In this document: piece after piece, positions 8,158 to 15,040 of the stretch
Layout of the letters: every line of letters starts with the position of its first letter
How positions within the stretch are numbered: the first letter of the stretch is position 1
Source: Octopus sinensis
Taxonomy: Eukaryota
NCBI RefSeq assembly: GCF_006345805.1
Contig: NW_021825559.1
Span: forward strand, 1-15,040
Direction of reading: 5' to 3'
Length of the DNA stretch: 15,040 nucleotides
Translations under genes and position numbers: made by a program
The notes under the pieces: model-generated
Database searches by the model: none
Told to the model about the DNA's origin: nothing
The model's input: only the letters and a program-made list of their open reading frames with translations

Positions 8158-8164
8158 GAGAGAG
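8092..8164. repeat. (CA)n(TA)n(GA)n compound microsatellite
   Basis: Read directly from the sequence. Confidence 0.95.
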
Positions 8165-8340
8165 AAAGACAATTCACACAAAAAAAGACGAAGACGAGTG
8201 GTGTAGACAACAAACAGATGTATTAGTATAACGCTCGGGAAGTGAACAAGTCTTTAACATTTCGAGCCTACGCTCTTCCACAGAAAGGAACACAGAAAGA
8301 AATAAGGAGAGAAAATAAAGAATGTATAGTGGTTCGCGAT
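8165..8340 (-). mobile_element. Interspersed repeat family D copy 1 (possibly Penelope-like-element derived)
   Basis: Collinear, in inverted orientation, with 12382-12562 (shared TTTCGAGCCTACGCTCTTC, GTATTAGT...GCTCGG and CAGAAAGG). Both copies abut a (TA)n(GA)n tract at the same end. Confidence 0.7.
8252..8287 (-). ncRNA. Minimal type I hammerhead-ribozyme-like motif (degenerate)
   Basis: CTTT-CTGTGGA-A-GAGC-GTAG-GCTC-GAAAT-GTT-AAAG. Stems I and II are intact, but the core deviates from CUGANGA and the GUU triplet is weak. Confidence 0.3.
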
Positions 8341-8591
8341 ATATCATAGCGAATATATATATATATATATATCATATATATATAAAGTATATAAGCAGAG
8401 AATGAATATGCAAATGTCAAAAAAGCCAAAAGAAATGATGTATAAAAACTAATTAATATAAATATATATTGCTACTGTACGCGACTGTATGTGTGTGCCT
8501 GCGCTTGTGTGCGCACTTGTTGTGTGCTTCCCTGTATGTGTATATATACATGGAATTTGAGTGTTTGTCTATGTGTGCATATATATATATA

Positions 8592-8970
8592 CTAGCAGTA
8601 TCGCCCGGCGTTGCTCAGGTTTGTAAGGGAAATAACTATAAAGCATTTATAGAGAGTTATAGCCAAAAAAATAGCAAAAAAATGGGAAAAAAATGATGGT
8701 AAATTTTTTTGAGAGTTAAAAAAGGTGGAGTTGCGTCCCCTAGACGGTCTGTGGTTTGGGTTTCTGATTCTCGACCCCTATGTCGAATTTATCGATTTCT
8801 TTTCAGAACTGGGGGAACTTTTCAAAATTTTCGCTGGCGTAGTTTTGATTATGACATTGGGCTATGTGTGTGTCAAGTTTCATCAGAATCGGTTGAAAGC
8901 CGTGGTCAGAGTGAGGTACGAGAAAACAGACACACAGAAAACGCACAGAACAACTGCCGTTTATATATAT
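8592..8970 (-). mobile_element. Non-autonomous Helitron-like element
   Basis: On the minus strand it ends in a GC-rich imperfect hairpin (8604-8619), an 8-nt spacer and CTAG followed by T, i.e. ACTAGCAGTATCGCCCGGCGTTGCTC on the plus strand. The other end has AAGTTTCATCAGAATCGGTTGA...ACAGACACACAG running into (TA)n, as in many invertebrate non-autonomous Helitrons. The 5' TC terminus cannot be resolved inside the TA tract. Confidence 0.6.
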
Positions 8971-9354
8971 ATATATATATATATATAATTATATATATAA
9001 TATATTATATATAATATATATATATTCATATAATTATCAACATCTATACACGCGCGCACAGATACGTGCACACGCGCACAAACATATATACATATTATAA
9101 TATATGCATGTATAGATATATATAAATATAATATATATATATAATATAATATATATATATATTATATATATATACTGCATATAATATATATACAACACAC
9201 ACAGAGTCATGTATGCAAACACAAATATATAGACCCATGCGTATACATATATGAAAAGTGTATGTACAACTGCATTTATGTACGTTTGTTTATATATATA
9301 TATACAAATATATGTGTGCGTGTGCGTATCTGTGTGTGTGTGTGTGTGTGTGTA

Positions 9355-9393
<39 letters not shown>

Positions 9394-9420
9394 CTGTGTG
9401 TGTGTGTATCTATGTGTACA
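8962..9420. repeat. TA and TG/TCTG microsatellite cluster
   Basis: Read directly from the sequence. Confidence 0.9.
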
Positions 9421-9719
9421 CGCGAATTACACATTCGCGAACTTGAATAAATAACGTGCCATTTCATAGTGCAGTCCTTGGCAACGCTTTGTCAATACTT
9501 TACATTTTGCTCTTTGCAGCAGTTGTTACTACTCTGGCTGTCCTCGCTTTTTGACTAACAGCTTGTGTTTCCTTATAGCTGTCGCAAAACTCCACCACTC
9601 ATCACTGCATTACCTATCCTCCTTTCTTTTATCGCCTCTCGCTTCTCTGTCTTCCGTGTATTTCTCAATCCGGTTCGCTACCCCATATCTTAAACTTTGC
9701 ATTTCCGTTTGAGTGGTCC

Positions 9720-9720
<1 letters not shown>

Positions 9721-9781
<61 letters not shown>

Positions 9782-9830
9782 TATATATTAATATATGTAT
9801 TAATATATTATATAGATATATATATATATA

Positions 9831-9865
<35 letters not shown>

Positions 9866-9981
9866 ATAATATGTATATGTATATATATATATATATACAT
9901 ATTTATATATATATATTATATATATATATATGTATATATATTGTATATATATATTATATATATATTATATATATAATGTAA

Positions 9982-10022
<41 letters not shown>

Positions 10023-10035
10023 GTACATATAATAT
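9721..10035. repeat. Long degenerate (TA)n tract (about 310 bp)
   Basis: Almost exclusively A/T alternation. Confidence 0.95.
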
Positions 10036-10051
10036 ATGCATTATGTACGTG

Positions 10052-10447
10052 TTCTTTTATTCTTTTGTTCTTTTACTTGTTTCAGTCATTTGACTGTGGC
10101 CATGCTGGAGCTCCGCCTTTAATCGAGCAAATCGCCCTCCCTCACGACTTATTCTATCGGCGTTTTTTGCCGAACTACTAAGTTACGGAGACGTACACAC
10201 ACCAACATCGGTTGTCAAACGATTTAGGGGATCACAAGCACAAACACACACCACACACACACACAACACACACACACACACACATATATATATGTATATA
10301 TATATATATATATATATGTGATGTGCTTCTTTCAGTTTCCGTTTACAAAATCTACTCACAAGGTTTTGGTCGGCCCGAGGCTATAGTAGAAGACTGAACC
10401 TGGAACCATGTGGTTGTAAGCAAACTATTTACCACACACACACTCCT
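10052..10447 (-). mobile_element. SINE family A, full-length, with an internal 25-bp deletion
   Basis: Head (10327-10447), CA/TA tract and tail module ending in repeats of about 8 bp (TTCTTTTA/G). Possible TSD: TATGTACGT (10042-10050) and TATGTATGT (10447-10455). Confidence 0.9.
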
Positions 10448-10448
10448 A

Positions 10449-10465
10449 TGTATGTATAAATATAT

Positions 10466-10532
<67 letters not shown>

Positions 10533-10556
10533 ATGTGTGTCTGTGTGTACATACAT
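10449..10556. repeat. (TA)n(TG)n microsatellite
   Basis: Read directly from the sequence. Confidence 0.93.
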
Positions 10557-10833
10557 ACCCTCTATATTCAAGGTAGGAAGGATCAGTGCTACATAGAACC
10601 TAGTTACTTCTCTGCGGGTTGCTTTGGCATGAGAGGCAACAGTGTTGCACAGAGCAAACAGCGTTCATAGCAACCGATACATTTCACTGAACGACTGTGA
10701 TATTTAGCTTTTAACGTTCGCATTCTCTTATGTACACATGCACGCATACAGACAGACACACATACACACACTCGTACTGAACAAACGTCCGACACATATA
10801 CGGCCATATATATATATGTGTGTGTGTGTGTCT

Positions 10834-10990
10834 ACTCTTTTACACGTTTCAAATATATGACTATGGCCATGCTGAAGCACCGCCTTCAGACGAGGAAATC
10901 GAGTCCAGGACTTACTTTTTGTAAGCCCAGTACTCATTCTATCGTCACTTTTGCCGAACTGCTTCTATCGTCACTTTTGCCGAATCGCTT
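10834..10990 (-). mobile_element. SINE family A tail fragment with an internal 26-bp tandem duplication
   Basis: GGCCATGCTGAAGCACCGCC, TTTGTAAGCCCAGTACT, then TTCTATCGTCACTTTTGCCGAA twice. Confidence 0.85.
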
Positions 10991-11102
10991 CAGCACATCT
11001 AGCATACACAATACACCCATATCTAAATACCCGTATATCGTTGCATGTTATGTTCTCAAAAGTAAACGCAAGAACAATTATGATACTTATATCTGTGACC
11101 TT

Positions 11103-11170
11103 TGATTGTGTATTGTAGTGTTGGAGTCTCTGGACCTGTTGCCATCACAACACGGGTTCGATTCCCAGCT
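11103..11170 (+). pseudogene. Degraded tRNA-like sequence (SINE head or tRNA pseudogene)
   Basis: Perfect B-box GGTTCGATTCC (11155-11165) about 40 nt after an A-box-like TATTGTAGTGTTGG. No acceptor stem can be formed. Confidence 0.45.
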
Positions 11171-12010
11171 TTGCAATTTTTCATGCTTTTTAACTCCTCA
11201 TCGATATCTGGAGTTTGAAGACCTACACAGGTACATATAGATACATACATATACTAACATATACACACGCACAAGCACGCATGTGCAAGAGCTTGTATGT
11301 GTATATATATATATATATATGTTGTTAACCTGATATTAAACTCGTGTAACATAGAATTATACTAAAATATACCAAATTTTCCAGTTTTTGTTTCATATAT
11401 ATTTACTCAGTAAATATGATTTACTAGAATTTCCAACTGGTATGTGTACCTCATGTAACATTTATATTCATACATTCTAATTACTGGAACGTGCATATGA
11501 ACCTCGCGAGGACACAGCCTGGATTATACACACTCCCCGCTACTTCTATATATTGTATAATTGTACGTGCAGTTTTGTCCATATGAAAATGTAGAGTCCA
11601 TCCTTAGTTCTCTATTAGAGATCTAAGGATGACCTTACTTTCAGTAACCCAGCATTCTAGAAATAGTAGTCGAAACTCTCTCAGATTATTCTCCACTCTT
11701 ATAAAGTATATGAATGACGTACTGTGTTATGCTTACCTATACTTGAAGAAAAAAAATTGAAATAATCACAAATGGAACAACGTTCGACAGAGACTGCCTT
11801 GAATTGTACTAAGTTGGCTCTAACGTGCAACAATAGGGAATACACATTTTTTTTCTGTATGGATATTGCTATTTTTTAAAAGAAAAACAGAAGAAAATTT
11901 TATAGAAGAGAATTTTTTAAAAGATAAAATAAAAGATATTTTGCTGTCACGTTCACTAAAAAGGTCTTTAATGGTCTGGTCAGTATAAAGATAACAAATT
12001 CGAATATATA

Positions 12011-12135
12011 GACGCGGGGGTGGCTGTGTGATAAGAAGCTTCCTTCCCAAATCCATGGTTCCGGATTCAGTCTCACTGTGTGGCACCCTGTGAATAAATT
12101 TGGTTGACGGAAATTTGAAGATGCCAGTCGCATAT
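12011..12135 (+). mobile_element. SINE family A head, internally deleted
   Basis: TGGCTGTGTGATAAGAAGCTT...CATGGTTCCGGATTCAGTCTCACTGTGTGGCACC joined directly to TGTGAATAAATTTGGTTGACGGAAA. Confidence 0.8.
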
Positions 12136-12381
12136 AAATATATATACACCATCATCCGCACTCTAACACACCATCATCCACACACACACACACACACACA
12201 TTACAGACGCACATACATCCACACGTCAAAGTTACTAGCCCCTATCTACACACACACACACACTTACTCTCACAAACACACGCACGCGCTCCTTCGTTTT
12301 GGGATCACCAGTACTTTATTATCTTCCCTTCTTCCTAGCTCTCCTGTCAAACCATCTTTTCCCAACCAGTCACCATGATTG

Positions 12382-12562
12382 ATCGCTAAATCCACAAGTT
12401 TCTTTACTCTCCCTCTGTTTATTTCCTCAGATACCTTTCTGTTGAAGAGCGTAGGCTCGAAACGTAAAAGAAGTCTTTCTCACTTTACCGAGCATCAAAC
12501 TAATACACTTGCTTGTTGTTCATACACCTGTCACCCTCTTTTGTTTTTCTGTAAATTCGAAC
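12382..12562 (+). mobile_element. Interspersed repeat family D copy 2
   Basis: Inverted homologue of 8165-8340. Confidence 0.7.
12435..12470 (+). ncRNA. Minimal type I hammerhead-ribozyme-like motif
   Basis: CTTT-CTGTTGA-A-GAGC-GTAG-GCTC-GAAAC-GTA-AAAG: 4-bp stem I, 4-bp stem II, GAAA core strand, palindromic ACGT helix III and a GUA triplet. The invariant A6 position is U. Confidence 0.4.
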
Positions 12563-12590
12563 TCTCTCTCTCTCTCTCTATATATATATA

Positions 12591-12951
12591 GGTGCAGGCG
12601 TGGCTGCTTCGTAAGACGCGTGTTTCCCAATCTCACATGGTTCCAACTCTTGGCACATTGGGCAAGTGTCTTCTACTGTAGCCTGGGGCCGACCAAAGCC
12701 AGATATGTATATCTGTGTGTGTGTCTTCATGCCTGTATTTGTCCGCCATAACCGCTTGTCAACCAGTGTGGGTGGGCTTACGTCATTGTAACTTAGCGGC
12801 TCGGTAAAAGAGCCCGATAGAATAAGTACCTGACTTAACAAAAAACAATATTAGTACTGGGCTCGATTCAATAGGCTAAAAGCCCTTTAAGGCGGTGCTC
12901 CAGCATGGCACCAGTCTAATGGCTGAAACAAGTAAAAAATAAAAGATAAGA
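12591..12951 (+). mobile_element. SINE family A, full-length, internally deleted
   Basis: Head GGTGCAGGCGTGGCTG...TTGGGCAAGTGTCTTCTACTGTAGCC (CORE-like TTGGGCAAGT), short TA/TG tract, and a tail ending GGCGGTGCTCCAGCATGGCACCAGTCTAATGGCTGAAACAAGTAAAA. Confidence 0.88.
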
Positions 12952-12967
12952 TATACAGGCATAGTCT

Positions 12968-12968
<1 letters not shown>

Positions 12969-13008
<40 letters not shown>

Positions 13009-13013
13009 TGATT

Positions 13014-13080
<67 letters not shown>
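12969..13080. repeat. (GATA)n microsatellite, about 28 units
   Basis: Near-perfect, with one GATT interruption. Confidence 0.97.
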
Positions 13081-13082
<2 letters not shown>

Positions 13083-13314
13083 GCGTTTCCTGTACGTATA
13101 TACACGAGTTTTTTAAAACCATAAGAGAATGATAGATATAAATAAGCAATTTAAAAGCAGTGCAATAGCATAGACTTTTAAATAGACACGCAGAACGATA
13201 CGCGTAAAGGTAAGTTAATGACTGAAGTGACAAATGCATATGTAGTTTGTTTGCAAGTTTTATAGAGATCAGAACGTAATATAGAGAGATAACAGTAATT
13301 ACTTGCGCAATGTA

Positions 13315-13470
13315 TTGGCAGAACCGTTAGAGCATTGAAGAAAATGCTTTTTTTATGCTTATCCTCGCTTTCCGTCTTTCCTTATCAATGTCATCTTCAA
13401 CTTTTCATCATTTCAGGGTCGATAAAATAAATAGCAGTAAAGGACTGCTCGGGGACGTTATAATCAAATG
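13315..13470 (+). mobile_element. SINE family C, old diverged copy
   Basis: TGGCAGAACCGTTAG...AAATGCTT and TTTTCATCATTTCAGGGTCGATAAAATAAATAGCAG are collinear with the copy at 13495. Confidence 0.65.
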
Positions 13471-13494
13471 TTTTTCCTTTTTTTTTTTTTATAA

Positions 13495-13718
13495 GGCGGC
13501 GAGCTGGCAGAAACGTTAGCGCGCCGGACGAAATGCTTTCGTCCGCCGCTGCGTTCTGAGTTCAAATTCCGCCGAGGTCGACTTTGCCTTTCATCCCTTC
13601 GGGGTCGATAAATTAAGTACCAGAATTACACACTGGGGTCGATTTAATCGACTTAATCCGTTTGTCTGTCCTTGTTTGTCCTCTCTGTGTTTAGCCCCTT
13701 ATGGGTAGTAAAGAAATA
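13495..13718 (+). mobile_element. SINE family C, full-length young copy
   Basis: A-box-like CTGGCAGAAACGTTAG, B-box GAGTTCAAATTCC, central GCCTTTCATCCCTTCGGGGTCGATAAATTAAGTACCAG. A 12-bp direct repeat TATAATCAAATG lies at 13459-13470 and 13719-13730. Confidence 0.9.
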
Positions 13719-13736
13719 TATAATCAAATGCTTTTT

Positions 13737-13787
13737 GGGGGGTGTGGGGTGGGGGGGGGGGAGTGGGGGGAGTGGGGAAGGTATGGG
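13737..13787 (+). other. G-run cluster with G-quadruplex potential
   Basis: G-tracts of 6, 4, 11, 6, 4 and 3 nt with loops of 1-7 nt. Confidence 0.7.
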
Positions 13788-13978
13788 TGAAGGATGAAGC
13801 GCATGGAGGAACTGGGTTTCTGTACCTATGTAGGAAATTATTATAATTTTATTGAATTTTTGCTGTTTTTCTATTTTTGCCTGAAGGGTGGAAAAATACG
13901 TAAATAAAACAGAAAGGCTGGAGAATTTTGACAGAAAAGTAGAAGAGAAAGAACAGTTTGTCAAAAGCATCGATTGCC

Positions 13979-14182
13979 CCACCAGCAGCAACGATAGCAA
14001 CAAAAACAATAGCAGCAGCAACAACAACAACAACAACAGCAACAGCAACAGCAACAACAACAACAACATTAATATAAGACAGTTCTACAAAACAACAATA
14101 AAACAAAACTTCCGTAGACATGATCGTGACCATGATCATCATCGGCAACAGCAATAACGAAAACATGAACAACAACAACCGT

Positions 14183-14229
<47 letters not shown>

Positions 14230-14279
14230 TCACCACCACCACCACCACCACCACCACCACCACCACTACTACTACTACA

Positions 14280-14321
<42 letters not shown>

Positions 14322-14322
14322 G

Positions 14323-14363
<41 letters not shown>

Positions 14364-14385
14364 GCTGCTGCTACTACAGAAGCAA
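13979..14385. repeat. Compound trinucleotide region: (CAG/CAA)n, (CAT)-like, (TAC)n(CAC)n(TAC)n(TGC)n
   Basis: Read directly from the sequence. Explains the poly-N/S, poly-Y/H, poly-V and poly-L ORFs. Confidence 0.95.
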
Positions 14386-14786
14386 CAGCAGGAGCGGGAA
14401 GAAGGGCGATTAGATGATGGATAGAGTGAGTCTTAACTGGCGAGACATCTGTAAGTCTCAAGAAATCCGAAACCGAATGTCATCTACGGAATGAAACGAG
14501 AATGAAAAGGAAAAGAATATGGCAAGCGCTAAGCAATGTATTTAGAAAGACGAACAGAAAACAAAGTCTTCTGTCTCTTTAATAGGTTCATAATTGTTGT
14601 TTATATATATACACTCAGCCAGCATGAGGTGTAGACGCTGCTTAAACAAACCCTATTGTATGGCCATATTTGAAGCAATGCCCTGTCGTCTGCAGTCTTC
14701 CATTTTGCTGTTGAAGTTTTTTGTTGATTTCTACTTGAAATAGGTTCTTTCTATTGATATTGTTTGACTCTCAGTCTAGTTTCCCA

Positions 14787-14794
14787 ACTCTAAA

Positions 14795-14832
<38 letters not shown>

Positions 14833-15040
14833 TGTGAGTGTGTGTGTGTGTGTGTCTGTGTGTGGGGCTCTCACTTTGAAATTCTGCCTCCTCCTCGCTC
14901 TGCGTATATGTGTATTATAACTGGCTGCCGGTCTGTCAGACTGCCTGCCTGCCTGTATGTATGTATGTATGTATGTATGTATGTATGTATTTATGTATGT
15001 ATGTATGTATGTGCATGTGTGAGTGTGTGTGCGTATACAT
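14787..15040. repeat. (TG)n and (TATG)n microsatellites
   Basis: TG at 14787-14862 and TATG at 14955-15020. Confidence 0.93.

Noticed and set aside
9440-9720. Purine-skewed minus-strand frames (TEMQSLRYGVANRIEKYTEDREARGDKRKED) with an AG|GTAATG donor
   Set aside because: There is no polypyrimidine acceptor (it abuts a TA tract), there are nearby stops, and no motif is recognised.
11330-11990. Splice-like motifs (CTG|GTATGT at 11440; minus-strand TAG|GTAAGC at 11736)
   Set aside because: No phase-consistent chain or meaningful peptide could be built.
13653-14461. Poly-L, poly-V, poly-N/S and poly-Y/H ORFs
   Set aside because: They are trinucleotide repeat artefacts, open on both strands.

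Overview
This is a repeat-dominated, AT-rich eukaryotic window, intergenic or intronic. The SINE families look like octopus-type cephalopod SINEs, so the organism is inferred from pattern recognition, not from a search. No complete, recognisable protein-coding gene is present, and nearly all ORFs in the track are artefacts of (TA)n, (TG)n, (GATA)n and triplet microsatellites. The window holds three working families of tRNA-derived SINEs (A, B, C) in about 13 copies or fragments. These share and swap modules: a common 3' double hairpin, a common GTCGA-N5-TCGAC domain, and three different tails on one head. It also holds two copies of a fourth repeat (D), each with a minimal hammerhead-ribozyme-like fold, a non-autonomous Helitron-like element, and a 35-unit 12-bp CpG-rich minisatellite with higher-order structure inside a 256-codon acidic ORF. 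A repeat-poor island (about 4300-5730) has good splice-site motifs that support two competing, unverified small-exon models.
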